NCBI GenBank assembly: GCA_964016885.1 | Contig: OZ024740.1 | Coordinates: 108,190,001-108,254,000, forward strand | Direction: 5' to 3' | Length of the DNA stretch: 64,000 bases | Source of the DNA: Eledone cirrhosa | Lineage: Eukaryota | Part shown: piece by piece, positions 49,401-64,000 of the stretch | Layout: the number at the start of each line of letters is the position of its first letter | Numbering within the stretch: the stretch's first letter is position 1 | Notes under the pieces: generated by a model | Told to the model about the DNA's origin: nothing | Database searches by the model: none | The model's input: the letters and a program-made list of their open reading frames with translations, nothing else | Program-made: the position numbers and the translations under genes

Positions 49401-52400
49401 GTAATTATACACCAACTCAATGAGTAGGTAGATCAGTTGATAAAATAATTGAAAACTCTTTGTTGAAACCAACAGATTCGTTGAATTTACTTCAGTGAAA
49501 TTTAAACACAAATATATAAAACAGACGTTTTATGACCATTTCTCCTGCTAAAGTGTTGGCCTAGTTAACCTTATGACATGGGGCACTTTTTTACAGTGTA
49601 CCCATTTTAAACGGGATTTAAATTTAATTTATACATCTGTATACAGTATGTGTGTGTGTGTGTTAATTTCACTGTTAGATAAGTTACATCCTCATTTTAT
49701 ATACAACATTCTTAGCTCAGTACTTGACACACGTTAGGTTTTTTTTTAAGATCCAGTAGATAAGTTACATGCTGGTTTTTGTCTTTTTTTTTCATGGGAA
49801 AATGTGAGGTTTATACATGCTCACACATATTCCATTCTTGATGGATCTGCTTTTATATATGTATATATTTATTTTATTTAATACACTACTAGTTCCAATA
49901 GATCATTTTTATGTATTTATAAGATTGTGCTCCTGTGAATAAATGAATGAATTCTACATGTAGACTTTATCAGCAACTATCTTTCTGTTACTGATCTAAA
50001 ATTCTGTCCATTTGAATCCTGCCAATGTTCATGTGAGCTTTCATTAATAAATTTCAAATGAAAGACTGCCTATGATTTTGAAAATAAACCTAGAATCTGG
50101 AAGGATTTAGTAATACAATTAACTTTCTCATTATTAAGCTGGTGTTTGGAACATAATTTAACAAAGGTTCTTTCATAAAATGGAAGGCTTTAAATAAATA
50201 TTAACACTTTAAAATGAACAGTTTTGTATAGTAGAATCAGAAGCGGTTTGATATCAAAAGGCTTAAATAATTGTGTCCAGATTAAAAGAAGTGTTGGAAA
50301 ATCAATGGTGTGTCTATATGGAAATTGTCGAGACATCTACAAAAACTCTTGTTTTGCAAGATCTTCAATTTTTCTTAAATACCTATTTTTGTTATTGATT
50401 GCATGGCACTGACTCTATCATTGTTTTACTTTGCTGCTTATTTTGAAATATTACCTTTTTATTGCCATATTTTTAATGAAAGACAGCCTGTGGTTTCAAA
50501 TCATTTTGAGAGATCAATCCATCTGTTCTTTCATCTCTTCATGATTGATTAAATTAAGAACTGGTACAGGGTAGTGGATTAGTGGAATGGTTACTGTTGG
50601 ATGAGATCACATGTGGTATTTGTTCTGGTTCGTTGCCAGAAAACCAATGGATGTTGTTTCTGTCAGGCCTTGCAAGCAATAGATAGTATTAGCAATGGAA
50701 ACATAGTTTCCTTGGTCTGATCTGAAGAATCGGCATCTTACCTTTTCTTAATCATACTTCGTTTCTCACAAACTGAATTTCTGTACAAGTTTATTCTCCT
50801 TTCCATTGTGCTTTTCACAGTTGCTGTTCTTGTAAATATCTATGAACATTTTCATCCTACCTTTTGAAGCTTTATTCTTTTCAATGTACCAATTTCTCCC
50901 ATTATTTGCCATTTCATGTTGTTTCAATCTACACCATTTTTATTAGTTCTTATTTAGTTATCTAAACTATAAGAATAGTTTAGTTGCTTTCTCATTGATA
51001 AACAAGATCAATTTGTTTTAAACCATTTAACATTTTCATTACCATATTTCTAATAAAATACACTGCCTATAAATAACTTTCTTGATATTAATCTGGTGAA
51101 GGCTAGTGGATTGGCAGTATCGGTAGAGTGCCAGACAAAATGCTTTGCAGTATTTAGTTTTTACATTCTGAGTTACATTCCCACCAAGGTCAGCTTTGCC
51201 TTTCATCCTTCTGGAGTTGGTATAATCAACTCTCTCTTTCCCCCAAATTACTGGTCTTGTGCCAATGTCAGAAATAATTATTTATCTGGTATTTGGAGTA
51301 TAACTTAAAGGTTCTTACATGAACTTGTGATGGAAGGTTTTTAGATAAATGTAAACACCTTAATCAATAGCAGTTACATGTGGTTTGGTATCAGATGGGT
51401 TAAATTATCTATGCAATTATGAATTAATTCTGAAGAATCTTAGTAAACTGTTATCCATTATAATTTGAATTTCTCTGTATCTGTTAAAGTATTTGAATGA
51501 TTACCCTTTTAAATGCATTTCATAATTTATATATACCAATTAAACCTGAGGATTTCTGCATTTTATCTCTATACATTTCAGTTTCATAACAGTTCTATGG
51601 ATATATTTAGTTAAGAATTTATCTAGTAACTCTGTTTTCTTTATTTTTTTGTTCTTAAAAATGAACTAAAAGCAAAGTTATCTTTAAATATAACAAGTAA
51701 CAGTTAAAAACAGTTTTTAAAGTTCACAGAAGTCATATTGGGTTCAATATTCTCTTGAAAAATTTCTGCCACTTTATCTGACATAATCAATGAGGTTTAG
51801 TAAACTTTCCCTCTCGAGTAATAAGAAATATATATAATGCATTTGTCACCAATAAACTATTTTTTTTAAAATGTATCTGAATGGAATAAAGAGAGCCCAC
51901 TATCATTGAAGTCATTAGCAGGCCCAGTTTTAGATACTTAATGGCGGTGAAGAAAACAATTGAACATGTGAAAAGAAAGAATGCTACAAGACTTTGGGGA
52001 CTTGTTGCTAAGATTAGTTAGTTATGTGGGGCCGAGCAACTAAGTCTCTTTTTCACACTTCTGGATAGATCCTGGGCAGTATCCTGCTTCAGGTTGACAA
52101 TATATGACAGGACGTCCAACATGATTTTTTCCTACTTCATGCTATGCTCAAAACCCACAAGAAGTGATGTCAACATCCTGAAATGATGTTCCCTTTGACT
52201 TTATTATTCTTAATTTGTGAAAATTGCCTATAACTTTCATGTGCTATTATGAGTTGGTAATTACAAATGACTATAATTGTGGGAAGAACATGTTGACTAA
52301 GTATGTGAGGCTATTACATGTACTACTACGGGTTGGTAGTTACAAAGGAAGAAAACGTTGAACTAAGTATTTAGTGTAGGTTTTAGATGTAAAACTAGAG

Positions 52401-55400
52401 AAGGAACGAAACAGAAGTAGAGGTAATATTCAGAGGATCAGAACTGTTCATAATAAGGGGGAATTTGTGTGACTTACATATTGGTGAGTGAAGCCTTCTA
52501 GTCTATGGTGTTCTGTGTTTAACATTAGCAGCAACAACAGCATGCCAATATGGAAGTAGTACTTGTTGAGTTCTATTTGAATTTTGTAGTTTAGCAACTG
52601 ATCAGTTGTTAAACCATCTTCTGAGCCTGAAGAACCCTAATCTTGAGATTGATGCCAAGCATTTGTTAAGGAGTCTCTTACTTTATGTTAGAATCAACTC
52701 CTTAAAACTGGAGATGGTCATAGTTCTTTCTAAGTCATTTTCATGAGAAATATTTCACAACTGCTTGTATTGTTTCCCAGAAGAGATTTTTGACAACCCT
52801 TTTTTTATTTTTTTTATTGTGTTTGTGTGTGGGTGGAAGGTCCATTTTGATTGAATTGTTCAGTAACAATGCATGAATGGCTGAGTTAAGTATTCTGTAT
52901 GACTAGTTGCACTGCCATATATGCAAATACACACTTCATTCAATACCTTGAAGCCACTCAAAGGAATCCAATTACCTCTTTGTTAAATGAAATGTAGAAA
53001 TATTTAACTCATTTGATACCAAACCACATAACCTCTATGATATAAAATTGTTTTAAATTGTTTATACTTATCTGAAAACATTCCATCATAGTTTTATGTA
53101 AGAAACTTTAGGTTATATTCTAAACATGAACTTAATTCTTAATGTCCTGTACCACATGAAACCACATTAGCAAGATGATCTTGAAGAGAATAAAATAGCA
53201 CATTAACTGTATATTCTAATATTACACATTTTCACAATGATCCAGTAGTGAAGATACTATAAACATTTGGATTAACAAACCTGTTTTTAAATATTTTCTG
53301 TTAAATATTTACAGGTTAAGAGTTAATAAATAAAAAAAATAGATATGTTACTAATCCATAATATAATAATGCCTTTAAAATATTTTATCAGTCAAAATAA
53401 TTTGAAAATCAAAGGTGTATTTCATTAGAAATATGGTAATGAAAAGAAATAGACAGGGTTATGAGAAAAACCAGCAGTGTATGACTTTGTAAACAAGTTT
53501 TCTATTATGAAGTCAGTGTGTAAAGATTATGGTTAAGATTTTATAGACTGACCAGAAAGCATAAATTCCTATTATAATGTAGTAACTAATATGGACTGAA
53601 GATGACTTGTTGGAAATAGTTATTTATATAGTAGACTTGGAGTTTAGCCATCTTATACAAGAAAAGTAATTAGGATTTATGGGCATGTTACATGCTAAAA
53701 ATAAAGAAAAGACCCATTTGAGGAAGCTGTTTCTATTAGTATTTCTATTACTGTCTACCATTCATAACTATGTGAAGAAGGCAGGGTTTGAACTAAAAAT
53801 TCACAGAGCCACGTTAGATACCAGAAAGCATTCCATTCAATTGTTAATTGTTCTAGAATCCTGCCAACACTGAACAGGTACATCATTTATCAACTTTGAT
53901 AGGATTTGAACTCAGTGCTGAATCAAATACCAAGGCATTTAATCCAATGCTGTAATGACTCTACCAATTTGCCATGAGTGCTACAAATTAGTTTGTCTGA
54001 TTCAGATGCATTTTGAGATGCTTTAGTTGAAGCTTGGCAGGCGGCCATTTACAATAAATATGGACATAGTCTTTGTGCTAGATATTACAGAAATTCAACA
54101 TTTTGGCCTCCTCTTCCACATTTCATCTAGTTTGAGTGATCAGCAATTCTTAAAATAACTGACATCCTCCATAAACATCACATGCCTACACCAACATAGT
54201 CTTCTCTATTGTACACTCTCATTCATCTTTATATCCAGCTTTTGTCATAGCTCATTTGTGCTTGCAAACATTACATATCCAGTGGAAGATACTTGTTTCA
54301 TTTCTTTCAGCTGCTTTGATATTGGAATTGAAAATACGCCATAATATTTTGTCTGTGATGCTGTTGTATTTGATTCAATACAGATATTTCACAATGTTGG
54401 TTAGATATGTATAGCTTGTGTAATAAGCAGTATAAATCCTACAAGATTTTTTTTTTTCTAAATCATCCTCAATGTCTACTGGAAATTGTGAACATGGAAT
54501 TTTTGCTTTATGGAATAGCTAATTTGGTTAAGTTAAAATTATACTAGTAAAGGTTTTACCTAGCTATGAGGGAAGAAATTAGTGTGTATTCTGTATATCT
54601 GAAGGTTGCAGACATGAGCATTTGACCAGGAGTATTCCTGAATGGGTTACTGACCTTATATCAAAATTGCGGTAGCTAGCTGAATGTCTAATGTATTGGA
54701 TTATCTACTCAAGGGTTATGATTGCAATTCTGTTGCAGGCATTGTATTGTCTTTGAAGCTGAATACTTGTCTTGCACAATGTTTTCAGTTCACTTAGCTA
54801 TCTGTATGTCACCTGTAATATACTAGTATCCCCTTCTTGTGAAACTTCTAGCCAAACTGCCTGTTTATGGGCTCCATCTGTCTCTTGGTTCAGAAGTTTC
54901 TTGTCAGATTGTTTCATCATGGTGTGATGTGCTGATGGAGCTTCTTTAAACTCTTGTTATATCAACTCTGATGTGCCACAACATTTGGTTTTGACGCAAT
55001 TGAAGCACATGGTGTTAGTTTGTCATGCAGTTTCACTGTTTGATGAAGATGAGTGGTAATAGTAACAATAAAGTATGGGTTGGCATCAGAAGGACAAAAT
55101 GTCTCCAACCCATACCAGCATGGAAATGCAAGAATAAAAACGATATTCTAGTAAAACAGTGTTTCCATTTATTTTGCAGACTGGTAATGGATATTGTGTA
55201 ATTGTCTCATAATGTTATCTTATGATCTAACAATAGAATTGTGAGATCATGAGTCTTGTGCATATGTGTACTTGCCACTTATGAAAAATGTGAAGGCACA
55301 TGACGTAGTGGTTGTGGGTTTGATTCCTGGACTAACCTATGCATTGTATTCTTGAGCAAGATGCTTCATTTCACATGGCTTTCATGATAGTGCTGGGGTC

Positions 55401-57349
55401 TCTATGATTAAAACAAAAACCCTATGAGATGTAACTTTGTAGGAGGCCTGCTAAACCTTCATAGGTGAGAGTTTTTATTTTCACGGACTTTAACAACTTC
55501 TGAAGTGTGAAATGCATTTTTGGTTGGATATCGGTTGCTTGAAATTGTAAATTCTAACAAAGACATTAAAAAATATATAATTGTACATTTTGTCACTCAA
55601 ACAAAATCATCATAGATTTTTTGAGGCAGTTTTTCTATAGCCAGATGTCCTTTCTAATGCAAACCTGTACTATTTTTTAAAATGGTATATATCACTGACA
55701 TTCATGAAACTTCTAAGCTGAAGGGTTATATTGTTTATGAAGGACATTAACAACTGTCAGTGCTTGCTTCTGAAATGCAGACACACGCGTATATACACAC
55801 AACAAGTTTCTTTCTACCATATTTACTTACATGGCATTGGTTGGCCCGAGGAAGACACTTGTCCAAGGAGCTAGGCAGTGGGATCAAACCACAAAAACAC
55901 ATGGTTGCGAAATGAATTTCTTCATCATCACCATTTAATGTCTATTTTCTATGCTTGCATGTGTTAGAAGGTTAGGCATATCAGTGCAAAATATATTTAA
56001 AAGAATTACTTGACCAGGTATTCTTGGCAGTGAAAGAAAATTTTAGAGTGCACTGTATCTATTTAAATACTGAAAAATGTTTGTTTTATGTCCAGAAATA
56101 CAGACTTTCCTCTGCTATTGTTAGTATAGAACATTGAGATTTAGGACAGCTTGTGTTTAGCAGCAATATGCTGACAATGACAAAAAACAAGAAAAGCAAA
56201 CCTACATGTATGGTTATAGTTACTGTTATTTACAAGCAGATGTGTAGATGGACATACTTTCAGCCATGTAGCATATATAAATATATAAAGTATACAAATT
56301 TATGAACATTAATAATAGATTGCTAAAAGCTGGTGAAATCCAGTATTAATTGACAAAACTGTCAATTAAACCTTTTGATACTAACCTGTCTGGCTTTATC
56401 AAACATAGCTGCCTGTTGTAAAGTGTTTATATTTATATTAAAACCTTTCATTTCAATTTTATGCAACATGTTCCAAACATCAACTTAGTAATGAAAAATT
56501 GATAGATATATTCAGAACAGTCGATTCAGATTAGAAAACCTACTCAAAACAAAGATTTTTTTTATTCTTTTGCTCTTGATAGGACAGAATAAACTGAAAT
56601 CATGTTTCCATTAACATAGGAAGTTCTTGGGAGTGGTTTCTTGTTAAGTATTCCAGACTCATAGGAACACTTAAACTCAATGATGCAGTTGACTTTTAAA
56701 GTGCTCTCATTGATTTACATTAGGTACCTGTTTACAGTTTGGAGGACTGAGACAGTGAGATAAGTGTTCTAGCCATAAACACAGCATCAAAATTAGTAAA
56801 TTCAATATGATGTTTTTATTTTTGGTACTAGTTTCTCTATAATAACTCTGTTATTTTATCACATCTCTTCTAATTTCACCTTTCCTTTCTTGACACAATG
56901 ACTTAAGTATCTTATAAATTATGATGATCTTAGTTTCTGCATATATATTTTTATTTACTGGGGGAAAAAAAGAATTCTTTATTTTTTTCCATCTATTCTA
57001 TTCTCAGTAATAAAATGTATCTTTTTTTTTTTTTAAGTTTATATTAATTATGTAACAAATGTAAGGTGTATTCATACTTTAGTAATTCTTTTTAAAGAAT
57101 TAATAAAAAAATATATATATATATCTACACTCTCCCAAAGCCCACTTTCAATTATTTGTATTACTTTTGTTTTGGAAAATTCCTGTAAATAAAAGGAGTC
57201 TTTGGTAGCGAAAAGGATGTGAACCACCAAAGTAAATCAACGATCAATTCCAGTTCAGTTCATTAGGTATGCACTTCTAGAAATAGATGAGCTAATGTAA
57301 AAGAATATGAATAAGAAAACATGTGGCCCATGATATGATATATACATAT

Positions 57350-58661
57350 CTCCAAAAAAAAGTGATCTTTAGTCACCAACTATAGAGGAATTTCTCATGG
57401 CAATTGCTGCAAAAATATACAACAAGCTTCTTCTTAACCGCTTAATCCCATTTCTTGAGCCAATCCTTCATAACAACCAGAATGGATTTAGGAGAGGTAG
57501 ATCAACACTTAGCCAGATTCTCTGCCTTCGCCGACTTATAGAGGAGTCCCAAAACCGCAATCTAAACCTTGCACTCATCTTTGTTGATTTTTCAAAAGCC
57601 TTTGACTCAGTTGACAGGTCGGGGATGTTTGAAATTCTACAACTCTATGGGATTCCTGATAAAATCATCGCAGCCATGCGTGTAATGTATACAGATACCA
57701 AATCAACTGTCCTGACCCCAGATGGGGCACCTTTCTCAATCCTCGCTGGAATTTTACAGGGCGATACCCTTGCTCCGTATCTATTTATCATTGTTGTGGA
57801 TTATGTTTTGCGCATGTCTGTGGATAGGATTCAGGATAGGGGATACCAACTACAGCCTAGGAGAAGCTCGCGCTACCCAGCAAAATACTTGACCAACACT
57901 GACTTTGCTGACGACATCGCATTGATCAGTCGGTCACTGGAAAATGCTGAGTCTTTTGAAGTCATTAGAGCAAGCGTCCAACTGTGTTGGACTGTACCTC
58001 AACGAATCCAAGACTATGTGAACAGATGCGCAAACAGCCCAAACTACCCCATCAGAACCCTTAATGGTACCACCCTTAAGCAGGTGGAAGATTACAAGTA
58101 TCTTGGCTCATATATCTCCTCCTCCAAAAAAGATTTTCTAACCAGGAAGGGTATGGCATGGTCAGCGTGCAATGACATGCACGCCATATGGACATCTCAA
58201 CTTACCAACAAGCTAAAACTGGAAATATTCCAAGCAACCATTAAGCCTATATTACTTTATGGATCCGAAACTTGGATACTAACATCACAACTTGAGAGGA
58301 GATTGGATGGCACATATACCCGCCTCTTAATGAGAGTGCAAAACCTATCCTGGAAACGACATCCCACCTTGTCTAAAATCTATGGCAAACACCGTCGAGC
58401 CTCTGCCCTTCTAAAATCCCGGAGAGCTCAATTTGCTGGCCACTGTCACCGTGCCAGCAATGAAATCATATCCGCTCTCTTGCTCTGGAACCCTGATTCC
58501 AGCCTGACTAGGAGTAGGAAGCTGTCATTCCCTGACGTTATTTCTAGGGATACGGGAATCAGTAGACAGGACCTGGGGGCAGCGATAGGGGACGGAATTC
58601 TGGGGCATGAGAGAGATCCATCATCTCGACAGTAGTCGACGAATGATGATGATGATGATGA
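57350..58661 (+). mobile_element. 5'-truncated RTE-group LINE of a distinct family (no PHD insertion)
   Basis: ORF 57397-58635 has NQNGFRRGRST, FVDFSKAFDSV, GILQGDTLAPYLF, DFADD, YKYLG and LLYGSETW, with a (GAT)n tail. Confidence 0.92.
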
Positions 58662-61600
58662 TATACATAATGTGGGCTATGAGCAAAACTACAACAAAAT
58701 GTGAAACGTTTACAATAAGTCGTTGATGGTCCATGATATTGATGAATAATTTAGAGTAGAATGCTGCCCGCTATCCTTCTCTGGAAGAAATCTGTTGTAT
58801 TCAGACCTGGAAAGGAGATGGGCTCTGCCAGGTTTTAAAATACCCTAAAAACTATGTCAATACAGCGTCCTTACAACTCCCTCAGGAGTTATGGGACCAT
58901 GCATGCATGTGGCCCTCTCAATATTAAGCTGCTGGATTCAATATAGCTACATTCATTCTAGTTTCATTTTCATTTTAGATATTCAACTATTTTACACTTT
59001 ATTTTGTTTGATTTTTTTTTTTTTTTTTTTTTTTTTGGATTTTTGATTTACCAACTCTTTGTAGTGCTAATTTTGCTACTGGTTCTTTTAGTTTCTCACG
59101 TTTTTATGTTGATTTTTTTTTTATAACATTATAACCAATGTGATCTCGGGTTAGGGCGCACTGCCTGGTATCCTGGGCAAGTACTATTTTCCGTAGTTTT
59201 GAGTCAGGCCAAGCCTTGTGAGTGAAATTGAGTAGATAGAAGCCAGCTGGATGGATTCTACTTGTAATTCAAATGCTCAATCATATCACATATTATGTCA
59301 GGGTAACTCGGCTTGGGAATTGTGTTTAGGGTGCCATGTGTTTGTATGAAAATCAACCACTTACACGTTAATTCACGAGTTGAATGCTCAGTTGGTCAAA
59401 GGAACAGGACTGAATGCTCATCAATGGAGGCCCATCATCATCGTTAGACAGTTCACATTAATTACTTTTTATATTTGTGCAGTCTTAAATTATTCTATTA
59501 ATTTTCACAGATTATATTTTGTCATGGACTTAGTGTAACCTTATTTTTCTTTAGAAAATTATAATATATTGCTTAACCCTTCTGATACCAGACCATCTGA
59601 TTTATGATAGAAAACTGCTCATTTTAAAATGTTTATCCTAATGTGATCTTTTATCATAATTTTAATGAAAAATTTAGTTATTTTATTAAATTCCTTCTAA
59701 ATTTTTATTTTGTTATTTTCAAAATTAAATTAAAACACATAAGCAGTGTATTTCATTTGAAATTACAGTAATGAAAGTGTTAAATACACAATACATCCAT
59801 CAAATATATTGCATTCAAAAAGTCATTTCTTGAATTACCATGAAACTACAGTCTTTCTACCTCCTGCCACACAGCAACACACTTTACAAATACTTTTTAC
59901 TAGACACAGTCAAAGGAGTTTGTAATAATGTTATTGATCTTAGCTAAGCTGATGTTTATTTAGAATATAATTAGACACGGTCTTCATGTAATATTTGAGA
60001 AAATAGGACTTTGGATTAGCAGAATCGTTAGCACATTGGACAAAATGCTTAGCGGTATTTGTTCTAGCTCTTTACGTTGTGAGTTCAAATCGCACCATGT
60101 TAACTTTGCTTTTCATCCATCTACGGTAGATAAAATAAGGTACAAGTCAAATACTGGAGTCAAATTAATCAACTTTCTGTTCTTTACCCAAATTGCTGGC
60201 CTTCTGCTTAAATTAGAAACCAACATTTGAGGAAATTTCTCCACTAAATATTATCTAAATATCTTAACCTCATTAATACCAAACCACCTCTGGTTCTATA
60301 ATTCAAAAGTGTTTGTATTTATCTAAAAACCTTCCTTGTTTATTTCCAAAATAGCTTGAAAATTATTGGCAGTGTCATAAGAAATATGGTAATGAAAAGG
60401 TTCAATCCAAATATATTTTACTCCAAAATACTTCTCATGTATTTGGAATGATTTATACATTCTTATGCACTCTGCCATATCACAGGGTTGGAGGGTTAGT
60501 TGATAAAACAACAGCCTGCTTATTAAAATTGGTGGATGACCTGACAAATAAAAAACAATTGTTTTTTATTTGTAATCTATAATATAGCAATTATCTGGGG
60601 GTTTTTCTCACCTATATTAAAACTGCTAAACATTTTGAGCAATCTCGATAATTGAGTTTTAATATTTTTTTGAAATTAATGTTCAAAATCAAAACTCAAT
60701 TTTCCTTTGTAAAACTATCTGAATGATATATATCTGATCGTTTTATCCTGTCTTCAGTATCAATTTATCAATTTTTTTGTTATCTCAATTATTTGTTGTT
60801 ATCGTGTCAACATCATCTTTCCGCAACTAGCATGACTGGTTGTTGTGAGGCCACCCTGGTCTTTCTGACAATCACCACAAATCTCTGTCCTCTGTTATAC
60901 ACAGAAGAGTTGCCATGTTGAGGTATATCCAATCCTTGATGGTGTTGGACCAGAAATTTCTTTGTCTACCTCTTCTTCTTTGCCCTACTTCTACAATATA
61001 TCAGTTTTATCAATAACTTCAAGGTTATTGATGACAGCTAATAAACTGATTCATAATTCTATGACAGTAAAAGCAATCTAAATACATCATAATAGTTGCT
61101 TACTAACAACTACTTAATCACTCTAAAGCTGAATATGATTACAAAAGAGGAATAATATAAGACAAAAGATATTTCTCCTTTCCAATTCATATTTAAATGT
61201 ACAAACCTGAATCAGTGAGCTGGTACAGAATATGAAGTAGATTCCACTTTCCGTTATTAGCTGTTTGTCTATCACCATAACTTCATATTTATAGGAAACC
61301 ATTTACTCTTGTGTTGGTTCTATAATTTTTTTCTGCTGTGTAGTCCCCAAGTCAGCTTTAATCAAGCAGACTTATAACACTCATATGCAATTCCCAGATT
61401 TCTTCTGTCTGATATACCTTGTCCCTGCTTTAGCTGAGGACCAGCACTGCATGCAGTGTTGGTGGATTGTATGGGATGTAGTCTGGTAGTCTTCTAGACC
61501 AATCTATTTCTTTATGCATGTGTGTAGATTATAGTTAGGATCACAGTGAAAGTGTACTGTGTGTGTGTGTGTGTGTGTGTATGTAATTTTAAACATAAAA

Positions 61601-61670
61601 AAAATAAGTGTAAAGTTTGATATTTTAATTGCTGTGTTTCTTATGAAATTTTATTTTCTCATCCATATAG

Positions 61671-61760
61671 AAGAAACTCAACATCACGGTGATACCCCAA
61701 TGAATATTGTAAATGGCGATATTCAAGATTCAGGCAATAGAGATGAGGAAATGGAAGAAG
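61671..61760 (+). CDS. USP7: Probable USP7 second coding exon (90 nt)
   Basis: Pyrimidine tract plus ATAG acceptor and AAG|GTAAGT donor, phase 1-1, in frame with the previous exon. EETQHHGDTPMNIVNGDIQDSGNRDEEMEE versus recalled human [34 protein letters not shown]. Confidence 0.78.
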
Positions 61761-62445
61761 GTAAGTCTTTTGGGCATACTGGCAACATGACAAAGTTCTA
61801 CATAAACTGTTTGTTACTATTTCTCAGTCAGAAAGGCAGGGACATTACGCAAATGTTTCTTCTTTAAATTTGTATCTTTCTGCTTGTATGAAAGGTTATC
61901 TTGTAATTTTAAAACTAAAAGTTTGTATATATTTAAGAAAATATATATATATATGAAGGTTCGCTCGCTTTCAATCAAAAAGATGTGTGTTGAATTACCA
62001 GACTGGTGTCACTTTGTGTCTTTGAGTAAAGCACTTCACTTCATTTCATGTTGTTCCAGTTCACTCATTTGAAAATGGTTATCAACAGCAGTTCCCTGCA
62101 ACAGACTGATGTACCCTTTCAAGGGAGTCAGTCTTGTACTTACAGTTGCATAACATCCATGAAACCAGGATAATCTCCAGTCTTCATCAAACCCACGCAA
62201 ACATAGAAAAATGTCCTTTGAATATAGCATAACTGCAGTTGGGCATGCTCAGTTTATATAGTAGTTATAAGTGAAAATAACCGTCCAAAATCTGCTAGAT
62301 ATTATTATTGAGTTCAAAATCTCTCCACAGTCAGCTTTGCCTGTTATCTTTCCAGGGTTTATAAAATAAAATACCAGTCATGTACTGGAGTCGATGTAAT
62401 TAACTTTTCCCTCCCTTCAAATTGTTGACCTTGTGACTAAATTAG

Positions 62446-62810
62446 CCAGCTGGCTTAGACCGTGGAGATGGCAAGTGCCCCGACGGAATCACCCTCTTCC
62501 CATTTGAAGGCGGTAGATCCTTCATTTGTGATGCCACCTGCTGCAACACGTTCTCCACCTCCAACTTAATTGCTTCAGCCACAAACCCTGGCATCGCAGC
62601 CCGCCACAGAAGAACATAAAATAAACAAATATCGGGGTTTGTCCAGCCGCTTTCTCTTCGCACCGGTCACTGTTGAGACCTCAGATGTAATTGAACCCCG
62701 CAAAGTCGAGCTCCTCTGCAAGATCAGAATGTCGGCTGCCCATCTGAGGAAGGAGTCCCGCAAGGTTGTGTGGCTGTTGCAGCGGGTGCCGTGGGGCACA
62801 GCGCTTCTGC
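62446..62810 (+). mobile_element. Fragment of a CRE-clade non-LTR retrotransposon restriction-like endonuclease
   Basis: GLDRGDGKCPDGITLFPFEGGRSFICDATCCNTF, then after a frameshift KYRGL...FAPVTVET...WLLQRV. This fits the RPDG...WD.T...P...ET...QR pattern of CRE RLE domains. Confidence 0.75.
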
Positions 62811-62890
62811 CTCTAGGCCCAAAGCCCGATCACCCCCTCCCGTTCTTTTTTCTTCTTTTTTTATTATTACTGTTATCATTGTTGTCGTTA

Positions 62891-64000
62891 TCTATATATA
62901 ATATAAAAGAGATATGTTTGTTGGTTGATTGGTTGGTTGGCTGAATCACATGGAAACTTCACACACATGCACACATCTAAAGAGAGAGAGATACAATTAA
63001 AGTGTTAGATATTCACAGAGAGAGAGTGACATCCCACAAAAGTGTAGAATTGGTTTAAACTATAGATCAAAGTATCAGTTGATGGTTTAAATATATTGCA
63101 TTAGCTTTTATAAAACTCGTTTTACACCAGTCTTTGATTTTATAGAATAAAGAAAAAATTGATACTATTTGAAATTAATCTACAGTGTATATTAATTTAG
63201 CTTTTTGGGGATAGTATCATATTATTATTGACCTAATTCAGATGAGATAGTGTCAACCTATTCTCTGAGGCTGCTATTTGCATTTATTTCTATTTTTTAT
63301 ATTGCTTTGTATTGTTTGGGTTTTTTTCACGATATTTTCCAAGAAAATTAATTTCATCATGTCACCAAAACACCGCTCATCTATCAAGGGAGTTACAATG
63401 TCTGCCATACATTTGAGATCTTTAAGCGAAAGAGAAACTCACAAACAATATAAAAAAAGGGAATAAAGGGACCAGTCAACATTGTGATATTCAGCAGAAT
63501 ATGAGACGGGGAAACAGAAAGGTTAAGACAGCAAGAAAGACGATTGTAACTTTCTGAAAGTGTACAGAACCTGAGACAAGAAACAGAAAGATTAAGGCAA
63601 GAAGAAAGACTATCGTAACAAACAGAGGTTCATTATGAAAATCACCAAGAGGCAATGACAGTTGCAATGCAAACTCGACGAGCACAAAGGACTCTTCAAG
63701 GCAGAATAAACTGGCTAAGAGCTGCGTTTTCATATGATCAATCAAAGAATTATAGAAATGGTCCTAAAGTCGCGATTGGTAGCATGGATATTACACTTGA
63801 CATATGTTGCTTAGGAAGAAAGGTCAGACTTCTACTGATAGAGGACCCTCCAGCTTTTATCCATATATTGCTGACAGACCGTACTAACGAAGCTAAATAC
63901 ATCAGAAGCAAAGTTATGTGGTGTAATGCATTTCAGATGATGTCCTTTGGAGCTGAAAAAGATCATGCTGACCATGGTTATTTCATATTTAAAATCCAAG
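62891..64000 (+). mobile_element. Degenerate Helitron (5' end and Rep N-terminal region)
   Basis: A|TCTATATATAATATAAAA start followed by GTTG-type repeats. The end of the window encodes NAFQMMSFGA...GYFIFKIQG, resembling Helitron RepHel YNSAFQMTSFG...FKIQGQ. Confidence 0.72.

Overview
AT-rich animal genomic DNA, most likely a coleoid cephalopod such as Octopus (inferred from the repeat families: CORE-type tRNA SINEs with RTE tails, RTE LINEs with (GAT)n tails, (TA)n microsatellites). The window holds the 5' parts of two spliced genes arranged head-to-head, with start codons about 3 kb apart. HAPSTR1/C16orf72 is on the minus strand (three coding exons at 40077-40272, 14790-14861 and 12825-13127; the last exon appears to lie left of the window). 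A probable USP7 is on the plus strand (coding exons 43231-43339 and 61671-61760; the rest lies right of the window). The introns are filled with RTE, CR1, CRE, Penelope-like, Helitron, hAT and piggyBac-type relics. Main points of interest: (1) the divergent HAPSTR1-USP7 pair mirrors the human neighbourhood of two functionally linked genes; (2) several type I hammerhead ribozyme motifs with palindromic stem III, where the intact cores are antisense to the host pre-mRNA; (3) a chain of consecutive H-type pseudoknots in the RTE/SINE 3' tail with apparent compensatory changes; (4) a twin-priming-like inverted RTE; (5) many fold-back structures able to form dsRNA. All calls were made by eye, without database searches, and repeat boundaries are approximate.
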